From positions 1,376,001-1,440,000 of the forward strand of contig JBEPYO010000001.1 in assembly GCA_041641295.1 (NCBI GenBank): DNA of 64,000 nucleotides, in the 5' to 3' direction. The notes under the pieces are model-generated. The model was not told the DNA's origin. It worked only from the letters and a program-made list of their open reading frames with translations, and ran no database searches. The translations under genes were made by a program, and so were the position numbers. Source of the DNA: Nitrososphaerota archaeon (lineage in GTDB: Archaea > Thermoproteota > Nitrososphaeria_A > Caldarchaeales > Calditenuaceae). Shown here piece by piece: positions 19,796 to 29,431 of this stretch (position 1 is the first letter of the stretch; every line of letters begins with the position of its first letter).

Positions 19796-20623
19796 TCAAA
19801 CTACTCTATAATCTATGTATCCGCGCCGCCTGCCAATCCTCTCTGAATATGCGTATACCGCAAGCCCTGCCAGAAACCATACAGCCCCCAGCAGAGCGGC
19901 GGCCAGTATCTCGGCTGGGTAGAGGCTTAGGGGCCCGATAAGTGCGGCTCTTGCTGCCCTTATTATGTGTGTGAAGGGCAGAGACTCTGCTATGACCGGT
20001 AGTGGTGAGGGTAGGGCTGAAGACGGGAAGATCGCCTCGGAGAATATCATAAGAGTCCCGGAGATGTAGACAGGCAGGCCCCACTCAAGTCTCGTCACGA
20101 ATATTGCATAGGCTGCCAGCATCAGTCCGAGCCCTAGAGCTGCTAGGAGTCCCACAACCATCCCTAGGGAGAAGAGGGCTATGCTGAGGGGTGTTATGTC
20201 CAGTCCTAGTGTAACCCCCAGTATAGCCTTTACAGCAAGGGTTGAGGCTCCCAAGGCTAGGACTGCAGTGAAGGAAGACTCGATAAACGATGCGACCACC
20301 CTACCAGCAATATAGGATAGAGAGGAGTGCGAGATGAAGACGAGCGGAAAGGTGTATGATGCCTTCCCCTCTGATACGGCGGAGAGGGGTGCCCAGATGT
20401 AGGAGGCGAAGTGTGTGTAGAGTGATGCACCCACTATGAGAAATGCTAGCCAGCTGGGGTCAGCTCTGCCAGCCGCGCTCGCCCCCACCCAGTAAACCAT
20501 CACAGCCGTCAACACGCCTGCAGTCGCCGGAATCATGCTAAGCAAGATTACGAGCGGTGGAAATGTCCATCCAAACTCCCTCTCAAGGCCGAGCATAATG
20601 GAGGCCAATAGCTTCCTGATCAT
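19796..20623 (-). CDS. ABC-2 type transporter permease
   Basis: TMs, 'FPSSALP...LPFTH'; start MIRKLL overlaps upstream stop (ATGA). Confidence 0.85.
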   Translation of the reverse strand: MIRKLLASIMLGLEREFGWTFPPLVILLSMIPATAGVLTAVMVYWVGASAAGRADPSWLAFLIVGASLYTHFASYIWAPLSAVSEGKASYTFPLVFISHSSLSYIAGRVVASFIESSFTAVLALGASTLAVKAILGVTLGLDITPLSIALFSLGMVVGLLAALGLGLMLAAYAIFVTRLEWGLPVYISGTLMIFSEAIFPSSALPSPLPVIAESLPFTHIIRAARAALIGPLSLYPAEILAAALLGAVWFLAGLAVYAYSERIGRRRGYIDYRVV

Positions 20624-21420
20624 TTCATGGCCACCAGTATGTCCCCTGTCTCGCGCCCTCTTCTCTCGATAAAGCTCAGAGTTCTTAACCCGATGAGGAT
20701 CGAGGCAGCAGCCATAGCTGCTAGTGCTGCTATGTTGGGCCACAGTTCTGCCAGCCCCTCAGCATAGAACAGGGTTCTGCGCAGGGCGTCCATGCCAAGT
20801 GTTAGTGGTATGAGGGAGGCTACAGCTTGAACGGCGAGTGGCAGGGGTGAGAGACGCCCTATTGAGGGGAAGTAGATGCCTGAGAGGAATGAGATGGGCT
20901 CGTAGAGTGCCTCGTTAATCTCCTCCGACTCCCTTCCAAGTATGAGATATAGTGATGAGAGGGCTATACCCATGCCGTATAGAGCTAACAGAGTAAGCAT
21001 GAAGACCAGTGCTACGGTCATAGTGGGGGGTGAGAAGGGCGGCTTGAAGAGTAGGGTCCCGATCACTAGGACGGCTACTGAGCTTGGCAGGGTTCCAAGT
21101 ATTCCTCCCAGCGACATGCCTATGAGTAGCGCTGTGAGGGGCGCAGGAGAGGCGATGTATAGATAGAGCATCCCAGACCTCTTATCCCAGTTGAGCTGTG
21201 AAGCCATAGACCACAATACGTTCCCCCAATACGCAACCATCCCTCCACCCAGTATTGCGAATCCTGTTAGATTCGAGAGGCCGGCTAACCTGTAGAGAAA
21301 TGCTAGGGCGAGGGAGGTAAGCATAGGGCCTCCCACATTCACTACTATCCAGAGCGGGTCTCCATACATCGCTATAACCCTGATGAGTGCGCGGGAGACG
21401 GCCGCCTTAACCCAGATCAC
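20620..21420 (-). CDS. ABC-2 type transporter permease
   Basis: 'WDKRSGML', 'LSGIYFP', 'IPLTLGMDALR'; start trimmed to GTG after the ATPase stop. Confidence 0.85.
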   Translation of the reverse strand: MIWVKAAVSRALIRVIAMYGDPLWIVVNVGGPMLTSLALAFLYRLAGLSNLTGFAILGGGMVAYWGNVLWSMASQLNWDKRSGMLYLYIASPAPLTALLIGMSLGGILGTLPSSVAVLVIGTLLFKPPFSPPTMTVALVFMLTLLALYGMGIALSSLYLILGRESEEINEALYEPISFLSGIYFPSIGRLSPLPLAVQAVASLIPLTLGMDALRRTLFYAEGLAELWPNIAALAAMAAASILIGLRTLSFIERRGRETGDILVAMK

Positions 21421-21424
21421 GAGA

Positions 21425-22435
21425 CTACGCCTCAACACTCCTCTCCCTCTCAGCGAAGCCCGCCCCAACAAGGCTTATGAAGACATCCTCTAAGGTAGGC
21501 TCAATCCTCTGATAATTGAAAACCCTGATTCCCCGCTTCTCCAGCAGTTGTAGAACCCTCTCCAGATAATCCTCATCCCTAAGGATCACACGTATCTTCG
21601 CCGCCTCACTCTCATTATCCACTTTTATGGTGCCGCCAACAACGCCCTCTAGCTGTGTCGGATCACCAATCGAGGCTCCAGCAATATCGGTCTCAAACAG
21701 GACTACAGGCTTACTCAGTGAGGACTTCAGATTCTCGGGGGAATCAATGGCTAGGATCCTCCCTCTATCAATGATCGCTACGCGGTCGCAGACTTCCTCC
21801 GCCTCGAACATGTTGTGGGTGGCTAGAAAAATGGTGCGAGAGTTTGTCTTGGCCTCTTTGACAAACAGCTCGCGGACCTTTTTTGCTGAGAAGACATCCA
21901 TGCCGTTTGTAGGCTCGTCGAAAAAGACTACTTGGGGGTCGTTGATGAAGGCTCGCGCAATGTTAAGTCTCTGTCTGTAGCCTGTGGTTAGTGTGTAGAG
22001 CTTGCGGTCAAGCTGGTCTTGGAACTCTAGTAGTGTGGCAAGCTCCTCGATACGTCTCTTCGCCTCGCTCGTCGGGGTCCCGTACAGCTGTGAAAAAAAC
22101 CAGAGGTTCCTCCTCGCAGTTACGAAGTCAAATCCCACCCGCTCTGAGCTGCTACTAAACCCTATTATGGACCTGACCTTCTTAGCCTCTTTAACAACGT
22201 CGAACCCCCCTACCAAGGCCCTGCCACTGGTGGGGAGTAGAAGTGTTGTAAGTATCCTGATGAGGGTGGTTTTACCCGCGCCGTTGGGGCCTAACAGTCC
22301 AAACACCTCACCTATCTGAACCTCAAAACTTACATTATCTAACGCTACGAGCCTCTTCGACTTTGTCTCAAAAACTCTTGTAAGATTTTCAGCCACTACA
22401 TTAGCCAATCCTGTGAAAGAACTACCAGTTGGCAA
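21425..22435 (-). CDS. ABC transporter ATP-binding protein (DrrA-like)
   Basis: GPNGAGKTT, FDEPT, 'PTLEDVF'. Confidence 0.92.
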   Translation of the reverse strand: MPTGSSFTGLANVVAENLTRVFETKSKRLVALDNVSFEVQIGEVFGLLGPNGAGKTTLIRILTTLLLPTSGRALVGGFDVVKEAKKVRSIIGFSSSSERVGFDFVTARRNLWFFSQLYGTPTSEAKRRIEELATLLEFQDQLDRKLYTLTTGYRQRLNIARAFINDPQVVFFDEPTNGMDVFSAKKVRELFVKEAKTNSRTIFLATHNMFEAEEVCDRVAIIDRGRILAIDSPENLKSSLSKPVVLFETDIAGASIGDPTQLEGVVGGTIKVDNESEAAKIRVILRDEDYLERVLQLLEKRGIRVFNYQRIEPTLEDVFISLVGAGFAERERSVEA

Positions 22436-22447
22436 TATTAAACCTAT

Positions 22448-23551
22448 TCAAACGGCCTCGTGTTTCCTAGCCCACTCCAGAAGCCTCATCACCATCTCCT
22501 CACTAATAGAGGGCTTCCGCTTCTCAATCGCAGCGATGAAATCCCTCATCGATATTTTCCGCGGCTCATCTAGCTTGTTCTCGAACATCTCCCTTATGGT
22601 TGTCAAGTGGGCGTCGAGGCAGATATTGTAGAGGTCGGCAGGCGAGTAGTTGGCAGTCATCTCGGCCAGAGCCTCTAGGTCAACATCCTCCGCCAGCCTG
22701 AGGTGGGCTGTATAGTGTTTCAAAATGTTCAGCCTAGTCTCGCGGTCTGGAGGTCCGACGTAGATCCTTTTCTGGAACCGTCTTATGAACGCCTCATCGA
22801 GAAGCCAAGGCTTGTTTGTAGCCGCTATAACGTAGAGGTACTCCTTCTTGTTCTTATTGGCAAGCCCATCCATCTCTTTAAGGAGCTGATTCCTAGCACG
22901 CGCCTCACCACCCACCTCCAAGTATCTCTGCGCGGTAAGCGAGTCGGCCTCATCTATGAAAATAATGACAGGCTTCCCTTTCGAGATATCCTGCCTAGCT
23001 TTTGAGAAGAGTGCCGCTATGTTTTTCTCACTCTCTCCAAGCCATTTTGACAGGACCGTTGCCGCATCCAGTGTATAGAGTGTTGCATTTACTTCGCTCG
23101 CAGTGGCTGCCACTAGAAGGGTCTTTCCACATCCAGGCGGTCCGAAAAGAAGTATCCCGGTCGGCCAGCCCAGTGGGAATAGGTCAGGCCTCATCCATGG
23201 ATAAACTATGGCCTCGCGGATGACTCTCTTAGCATCCTCCAAGCCGATAACATCACTCCACTTTACATTGCTCTCCACCGGATCCATTCGTGGCTCTTCC
23301 TTAGACGCGGCCTGCCTAACCACCGTTCTGGCTGGTGTCTCATCGCTCAGCTCGTTCAGCCGGTCGAGGTATTGCCTCATCCTCTCCCGGTAGACCTCGT
23401 GTAGGACTGGGCTCTGGGTTAGGCTGATAAGCCTGCTCAGAATCTGTATCGCTTCCTTATAGCGTGCTATGGCCGCCTCCCTAGACCCCTGTCTATCAAG
23501 CTTCACCGCTTCCTTAGCCTTTTCTATAGCAATTCTCTCCAGCTCGCTCAA
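22448..23551 (-). CDS. cdvC: Vps4/CdvC-like AAA ATPase with MIT domain
   Basis: N-terminal MIT 'AKEAVKLD...AIARYKEAI...YLDR'; GPPGCGKT, 'SKWLGESEK', FIDEAD, 'ATNKPW..D.AFIRRFQKR'. Confidence 0.85.
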   Translation of the reverse strand: MSELERIAIEKAKEAVKLDRQGSREAAIARYKEAIQILSRLISLTQSPVLHEVYRERMRQYLDRLNELSDETPARTVVRQAASKEEPRMDPVESNVKWSDVIGLEDAKRVIREAIVYPWMRPDLFPLGWPTGILLFGPPGCGKTLLVAATASEVNATLYTLDAATVLSKWLGESEKNIAALFSKARQDISKGKPVIIFIDEADSLTAQRYLEVGGEARARNQLLKEMDGLANKNKKEYLYVIAATNKPWLLDEAFIRRFQKRIYVGPPDRETRLNILKHYTAHLRLAEDVDLEALAEMTANYSPADLYNICLDAHLTTIREMFENKLDEPRKISMRDFIAAIEKRKPSISEEMVMRLLEWARKHEAV

Positions 23552-23654
23552 GCCTCGAGGCGTGCTCTAACCTTTAATTTTGTTTTAAGAGGTTTCCACC
23601 TATAGCGAGGCGGATGAGGCTATAGGGAATACCCCAAAAATATCTGGGAATTCT

Positions 23655-24110
23655 TCAAGGAACTTCCTTAGCCGTGTGGAAGACGAAGCACGTCTCAGTC
23701 TTGGCGACGTTTTTTATGCTTCGTATCTTATCAATCACCAGTCTTCCAACATCTTCAGTAGAGGGCGCCCTAACCTTGATCAGCATATCCCACTGCCCAC
23801 TTATCAGATGGACCTCATAGACATGCTCCATCTCCGCTATCATGGCCGCAAGATCTCTCTGTGAAATGTCCATCACCGGGGAGAAGGAGACTAGAAGGAA
23901 AGCGGTGGTGGGCAGGCCTAGGCGCGAGTAGTCTGGGATAGCAGCTATCCGCTTAATTATCCCCTTCGCAGTAATCCTCCTAAACCGCTCCTGCAGAGTG
24001 GTCCTAGGAACACCAAGCTCTCTGGAGAGCTCGGTGAAGCTTTTCTTAGCATCCTTCATCAGCGCCCGGATAATCTCAAGGTCTTTCTCATCTAACGCCG
24101 TCTCCACCAT
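23655..24110 (-). CDS. Lrp/AsnC family transcriptional regulator
   Basis: 'LDEKDLEIIRALMKDAK..FTELSRELG' HTH; RAM domain 'ISGQWD'. Confidence 0.92.
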   Translation of the reverse strand: MVETALDEKDLEIIRALMKDAKKSFTELSRELGVPRTTLQERFRRITAKGIIKRIAAIPDYSRLGLPTTAFLLVSFSPVMDISQRDLAAMIAEMEHVYEVHLISGQWDMLIKVRAPSTEDVGRLVIDKIRSIKNVAKTETCFVFHTAKEVP

Positions 24111-24266
24111 ACAACGTCTATATGACTGCAGGTTATATAAGCTTAATCGTCCAAAACCACCTATGTGTTGGCAGCGTGGCAGCATTATTAGCGAGGCTCC
24201 TCCAAAAATCTTGTCTGCTGCTGTTAATCGACAGTTGTAGACTATTGGTTCAACACTTTTATACGG

Positions 24267-25331
24267 GTGGGTGCAATAGGAGACGAGTTGCCCCGACTCT
24301 CAGGTGTCGCAGTCCACGGCTACGGCGCCTACATACCCATGTTTAGGGTAAAGGCCTCCGAGATAGCTAGGGTTTGGGGTGTGCCAGACTCTGAGCTGCC
24401 CGTACTTGAGAAATCAGTTAACAGCCTCGACGAGGATACAGTTACAATAGCTGCAGAAGCTGCTAGCTACGCCATCGCTAGGGCCGGAATTGAACCCGAT
24501 AGAATCGGCGCCGTCTATGTCGGCTCAGAGTCACATCCCTACGCAGTTAAGCCGACTGGAACAATAGTGGCTGACGTTCTTGGTATTAATAGCAGGCATC
24601 TCAGCGCCGATTTGGAGTTTGCGTGTAAGGCGGGTACTGAGGCGGTGGAGCTAGTCTCCGGGCTCGTGGCGTCTGGCATGATAGAGTATGGGCTTGCGAT
24701 TGGCGCTGACACTGCTCAAGGTAGACCAAGAGACGCACTGGAGTACACAGCTGCGGCAGGCGGGGTGGCCCTACTGATAGGTAAGAGCGGTGACGGAGCC
24801 ATTGCAGACCTAGAATACGCGGCCAGCTACGTCACCGACACGCCCGACTTCTGGAGAAGAAGCCACGAGAGATACCCGATGCACGGCTCAAGGTTCACAG
24901 GCGCGCCCGCCTATTTCCACCACATCATCTCTGCGGCGAAGATGGTGCTGGAGGATGGCTACTCCCTTGACGAGTTCGACTACGTCGTATTCCACCAGCC
25001 GAACACCAAATTCCCATACGCCGCCGCTAAGATGCTTGGCATACCTGCCAAGAAAGTGGAGCCCGGAGTAGTCTGCAACCTCATAGGGAACACGTATGCA
25101 GCCTCATCGATGATGGGTCTCGCGAAAGTGCTCGACCAATCCAAGCCCGGGGAAAGGATTCTCATGGTCTCCTACGGCTCGGGCGCGGGGAGCGACGCCT
25201 TCGTATTCAGGGTTAGGGAGGGAATACTGGATAAGAGAGGAAAAGCACCGCTCGTGAGCGAACTAATAGAGAGGAAGAGACACATTGACTATGCGCTGTA
25301 TCTGAAGGCAAGAGGCAAGATCAGGGAGTAG
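24267..25331 (+). CDS. hmgB: Hydroxymethylglutaryl-CoA synthase (archaeal)
   Basis: 'DEDTVT', 'GSESHPYAVKP', catalytic 'EFACKAG', 'FHQPN', 'SYGSGAG'. Confidence 0.95.
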   Translation: MGAIGDELPRLSGVAVHGYGAYIPMFRVKASEIARVWGVPDSELPVLEKSVNSLDEDTVTIAAEAASYAIARAGIEPDRIGAVYVGSESHPYAVKPTGTIVADVLGINSRHLSADLEFACKAGTEAVELVSGLVASGMIEYGLAIGADTAQGRPRDALEYTAAAGGVALLIGKSGDGAIADLEYAASYVTDTPDFWRRSHERYPMHGSRFTGAPAYFHHIISAAKMVLEDGYSLDEFDYVVFHQPNTKFPYAAAKMLGIPAKKVEPGVVCNLIGNTYAASSMMGLAKVLDQSKPGERILMVSYGSGAGSDAFVFRVREGILDKRGKAPLVSELIERKRHIDYALYLKARGKIRE

Positions 25332-25337
25332 AGACAT

Positions 25338-26492
25338 ATGAGGAAGGTCTACATCGTAGGCGCAAGCCTACTTAAAGTTGACGAGCAGTGGAACCAATCG
25401 ATCGACAGCCTAGTCACACAGGTGGTCGATGGTCTCTCCGAAGTCAGGCCTTGGAAGATAGACGCGATCTACGTCGCCAACGCGTTGGGCGAGATCCTCC
25501 AGAGCCAGGCAAACTTGGGAGCGATAGTTGCGGAGGATATAGGCTTGGCTGGGGTCCCAGCCCTCAGGGTTGAGGCGGGTGGTGCCAGTGGAGCCGCAGC
25601 CCTACTCGCGGGCTACCAAGCCATCCTCTCCGGCCTAGCAGACACGGTCTTAGTCATCGGGGTTGAGAAGTTATCTGACGCGACACCGGAAGAGTCTGTC
25701 TTCCTATCATCCCTCTCAGAGAGATACGACCTGTTGGGTTTTCAGGGTGTTACTGAGGCCGCACTTGCAGCGATGATGTATAGGTTGTATCTCGAGAGGT
25801 ATGAGCTGCCGCAGGAGATGGTGGCCCAATTCCCAGTGTTAATGCATGAGCACGCGTCTAAGGCTCCTCACGCCCAGTACCAGTTCAAGACAACGCTAGA
25901 GAATGTCCTCTCCTCCCCGGTAGTCTCGCCGCCTCTCAGAAGGCTTGAGACAACAGCCCCAGCGGATGGGGCTGCCGCGGTAATACTCTGCAGCTCAGAC
26001 GCCCTACCCACCATCCAGCATGAACAAGTCGTTGAGCTTGCTGGAGCCGCATCATCCACCGACATAGTCTCCCCGTTCGACAGGGAGGACCCATTAAAAC
26101 TCAGCGCAGCGGCCCGCGCCTTCTACGAGGCACTAGCTAGGCCGGGGCTCAGCCGGGAGCAGATTAAGGTATTAGAGATTCACGACTCGTACTCAATTCT
26201 CGCAAACCTCATTCTGGAATCGATAGGCTATTCGGCTGAGGGGGCCAGCGGCCTTGACGCTAAGAATGGAATGTTCGACTATGGCGGCAAGGTCGTCATT
26301 AATACTTTCGGCGGGCTAAAGGCGAGGGGACACCCCCTCGGGGCCACGGGCGTTTATCAGGCTGCAGAGATATTCCTACAGCTGACAGGCAGGGCTGGAG
26401 CCTGCCAAGTCGATGGCGCAAAGTACGGCGCGATGATCAGCCTCGCGGGGCTGGGAAGCTCCGCCTACGCTCTTGTAATGAAGGAGGGGTGA
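25338..26492 (+). CDS. Thiolase-family protein (acetoacetyl-CoA thiolase position), catalytic Cys apparently absent
   Basis: 'GVEKLSD', 'DGAAA', 'EIHD', 'GGLKARGHPLGATG'; 'EAGGASG' instead of EAACASG. Confidence 0.88.
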   Translation: MRKVYIVGASLLKVDEQWNQSIDSLVTQVVDGLSEVRPWKIDAIYVANALGEILQSQANLGAIVAEDIGLAGVPALRVEAGGASGAAALLAGYQAILSGLADTVLVIGVEKLSDATPEESVFLSSLSERYDLLGFQGVTEAALAAMMYRLYLERYELPQEMVAQFPVLMHEHASKAPHAQYQFKTTLENVLSSPVVSPPLRRLETTAPADGAAAVILCSSDALPTIQHEQVVELAGAASSTDIVSPFDREDPLKLSAAARAFYEALARPGLSREQIKVLEIHDSYSILANLILESIGYSAEGASGLDAKNGMFDYGGKVVINTFGGLKARGHPLGATGVYQAAEIFLQLTGRAGACQVDGAKYGAMISLAGLGSSAYALVMKEG

Positions 26493-26498
26493 GAAGGG

Positions 26499-26915
26499 TT
26501 GCACGCTGTCTTCCGCCCACCCGTAAACTGGAGGCACCGGAGATTCAGGTACAGGCTGGTCGTTTGGAGATGTCTAAACTGTGGAGCAGTGCACCACTAC
26601 GCCACAAGCATATGTAGGAGGTGCAGGTCAAATAGGGTTGCTGAGGATAAACTCCCCGACCGCGCGAGGCTCATCACCTACACTGTTGTCAAGAACCCGC
26701 CTGTCGCCTTTGAGAAACAGGCCCCCTACATAGTAGGCCTCGTAGAATTCGAGGATGGGACTAGGCTGGTGGCGGGAATAACGGACTGCGACCCCGAAGA
26801 ACTCAAACCCGGGATTGAGCTAGAGAAGGTAGTCAGGAAAATAGCCGAGGACGGCGAGTCTGGACTAATCGTCTACGGATACAAGTTCAGGCCAGTGATA
26901 ACGCGCAGTCACTAG
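26499..26915 (+). CDS. DUF35 Zn-ribbon/OB-fold scaffold protein
   Basis: CxxC...CxxC plus OB fold, 'YGYKFRP'; follows HMGCS/thiolase. Confidence 0.92.
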   Translation: MHAVFRPPVNWRHRRFRYRLVVWRCLNCGAVHHYATSICRRCRSNRVAEDKLPDRARLITYTVVKNPPVAFEKQAPYIVGLVEFEDGTRLVAGITDCDPEELKPGIELEKVVRKIAEDGESGLIVYGYKFRPVITRSH

Positions 26916-26987
26916 CCCCGCTATTGGCTGACGGGAAGGTAAATAGCATGGCTGGCCCCATATAATTGGCGGAGGGTTAGGATCGGC

Positions 26988-27674
26988 TTGCCCGGCTTTA
27001 CAGGATGGCTAACCGAGAGAGGTAACACTCCCTCTCCACTATCGACTGGAACGACAACCGTGGGTTTCACCGCAGGCGACATAGTCGTCTTTGCTACGGA
27101 CAGTAGGGCGACTGCAGGCTTCTTTGTGGCGCATAGGAAGGCTAAGAAGGTCTACAAAATCGCCGACCACGCAGCAATGACGATAGCGGGAAGAGTCGCA
27201 GACGCCCAGAGCCTCATAGACCTTATGAGGGCGAACGCACGACACTACGAAGTCACCCACGGAAGACCCATTCAGATCAGGGCTCTCACCAGCCTCCTAG
27301 CCAACCTCATGTTCAGCTACAGGTGGCTACCGTTCCAAGCACAGATTCTACTGGGAGGCGTTGACGATAGTGGCGCCCACATCTTCAGCGTAGACCCCCT
27401 AGGCGGCTTCACAGAGGAGAAGATGGTTGTATCGGGCTCCGGGTCGCCTGTCGCCCTAGGCGTCTTGGAGTCCGAGTATAGGCCAGACCTAAGCCTCGAC
27501 GAGGCGATTAAACTGGCATTCAAGGCGGTGGCTGCAGCGATAAGACGCGACATAGGCTCGGGGGACAGCATAGACGTTGCATACATCTCGCCCGCAACTA
27601 TGTATAGGGAGCTAACAGTCCATGAGAAGGCTCCACTCTACGACCAATTCGTCAAACCCTACCTTCTCATGTAG
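26988..27674 (+). CDS. psmB: Proteasome subunit beta
   Basis: Propeptide then 'G|TTTVG', 'ATDSRAT', 'GSGS', 'RD..SG'. Confidence 0.95.
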   Translation: MPGFTGWLTERGNTPSPLSTGTTTVGFTAGDIVVFATDSRATAGFFVAHRKAKKVYKIADHAAMTIAGRVADAQSLIDLMRANARHYEVTHGRPIQIRALTSLLANLMFSYRWLPFQAQILLGGVDDSGAHIFSVDPLGGFTEEKMVVSGSGSPVALGVLESEYRPDLSLDEAIKLAFKAVAAAIRRDIGSGDSIDVAYISPATMYRELTVHEKAPLYDQFVKPYLLM

Positions 27675-28134
27675 TCTGACTCTTCTCCAGCTGGTATTTT
27701 ACAACATATTCAAAGTCTTCGGGGGATATAGGGTGGAGGGTTCCCTGCAGGTAGGCGGACCACCGCGCCTTATTCTTGACGAAGCTCATGTTTGGTATTA
27801 CTTCGCTGGCCTCTACGGGGCTGGCCCAGATGACGCCATCAATTCCTATGTAGTGGGTTAGTAGGTTTGATGGGTACCCTTCTATGATGGACTTGATTTC
27901 GTGGGTTATTGGCTGGGGTGGTGATGTGATGACACACTTGCCGGCGATCACTTTACCCATCTTGCTCGAGACATAGAAGAGGCCGGCGTCGCCAGATGCA
28001 ATCCTTTTGCGGTAGGGGTTCTTTGGAGAGATTAGCCAGAAGCCGTGCTTAACCCTGTTAGCTAAGACCTGCATAGCCGGGATGGTCTGTCTCGACCCCG
28101 CCCTGTGGTCCTTCACGACCATTAGCCAGAACAA
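27667..28134 (-). CDS. EVE (PUA-like) domain protein
   Basis: 'FWLM...GD.GLFYV...F.KNKARWSAYLQG...ISPEDF'; start trimmed to TTG because of the divergent neighbour. Confidence 0.75.
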   Translation of the reverse strand: MFWLMVVKDHRAGSRQTIPAMQVLANRVKHGFWLISPKNPYRKRIASGDAGLFYVSSKMGKVIAGKCVITSPPQPITHEIKSIIEGYPSNLLTHYIGIDGVIWASPVEASEVIPNMSFVKNKARWSAYLQGTLHPISPEDFEYVVKYQLEKSQTT

Positions 28135-28201
28135 TTCAGCGAGTCTAGAATCAGAGGATATATATGCTTTAATCAACAGTATAGCCCAGTGCAAGCTAGA
28201 C

Positions 28202-29332
28202 ATGAACCGGCGGCGCATGCTAATACTTATCTCGGCGGCTGCTGGCGGTATAGTCATTTCAATAGTCTACCTCCTATCCCGCCTACGTATCCAACAAGGT
28301 GAGCAAGCAGGTGCGGAGAAGGATTATGTCGTGGAGACGGTTAAAGAAGGGCTGAATATACCTTGGGAGATAGACTTCATCAGTAGCGATGAGGCCCTCA
28401 TTACCGAGAGAGCCGGCCGTGTTGTTTTACTCACCATTTCCACGGGCAGGAGCCAGGTCTTGGGGCAGATTGATGTAGCCCACGTCGGTGAGGGTGGCCT
28501 GCTTGGATTGGCTCATATAGATCCAGGCCCTCGCCCAATAACCTACTACACGTACAGGGATGGCCCCCGCCTCTACAACCGTGTACATTTGTGGGACACA
28601 CTAGAGTTCAAGGAGGGCGTTGTGCTGCTGGACCGAATACCTGGCGCGTCTGTCCACGACGGAGGTAGGGTCAAGATTGGTCCCGACGCTAGACTCTACA
28701 TTACGACTGGTGATGCGGCAAACCCGGAGAGCGCCCAAGACCTAAACTCTCTGGCAGGAAAGATACTCCGAATCGAAGCCGACGGCTCAATCCCAGGCGA
28801 CAACCCATTCAGTGGCTCTCCCATCTACAGCTATGGGCACCGCAACCCTCAGGGGCTCTCCTGGCGTAGGGGAGGAGAGCAGCTCTTCGCCACAGAGCAT
28901 GGCCCCTCAGGTGAAATGGGTTTAGTGGCGAATGATGAGGTAAACCGCATAGTGCCCGGAGGGAATTATGGGTGGCCACGCGTGGTGGGTAGGCGCGGCG
29001 TTGAGGGGTTCATAGACCCCGTCTATCACAGTGGAAGTGAGACATGGGCTCCATCAGGATGCACCTTCTACTACGGCAGCGACTTCCCCCAGTGGAGTGA
29101 CAACCTGTTCTTCGCAGCACTCCGCGGAGAACATCTACACAGGCTAGCACTCAGTGAAGATGGTGCGAGGGTGGTGGAGTCAGAGAAGCTGCTACAGGGC
29201 GAGTATGGCAGGCTCAGAAACGTTGTACAGGGGCCCGACGGGCTACTCTACATCCTCACAAGTAACAGGGATGGACGCGGCTCGGTGAGACCAGGCGACG
29301 ACAAGCTTTTGAGGCTCGCGCCTAAGAGATAG
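28202..29332 (+). CDS. PQQ-dependent aldose sugar dehydrogenase, probable Tat substrate
   Basis: 'MNRRRML' signal, 'GEGGLLG', 'HDGGR', 'YGHRNPQG', 'NYGWP'. Confidence 0.9.
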   Translation: MNRRRMLILISAAAGGIVISIVYLLSRLRIQQGEQAGAEKDYVVETVKEGLNIPWEIDFISSDEALITERAGRVVLLTISTGRSQVLGQIDVAHVGEGGLLGLAHIDPGPRPITYYTYRDGPRLYNRVHLWDTLEFKEGVVLLDRIPGASVHDGGRVKIGPDARLYITTGDAANPESAQDLNSLAGKILRIEADGSIPGDNPFSGSPIYSYGHRNPQGLSWRRGGEQLFATEHGPSGEMGLVANDEVNRIVPGGNYGWPRVVGRRGVEGFIDPVYHSGSETWAPSGCTFYYGSDFPQWSDNLFFAALRGEHLHRLALSEDGARVVESEKLLQGEYGRLRNVVQGPDGLLYILTSNRDGRGSVRPGDDKLLRLAPKR

Positions 29333-29431
29333 CTGCGGCATTATCGAGTAAATACCTGCGTATTCCCTGGGTAGTTTTAAGTGGCCACCTATTACTCACC
29401 TTATATTTAGAAGACCACTTGTGGTGCAGGA

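Noticed and set aside
23599-23626. 8-bp inverted repeat CCTATAGC/GCTATAGG between lrp and cdvC
   Set aside because: Single short hairpin; cannot distinguish terminator, operator or chance
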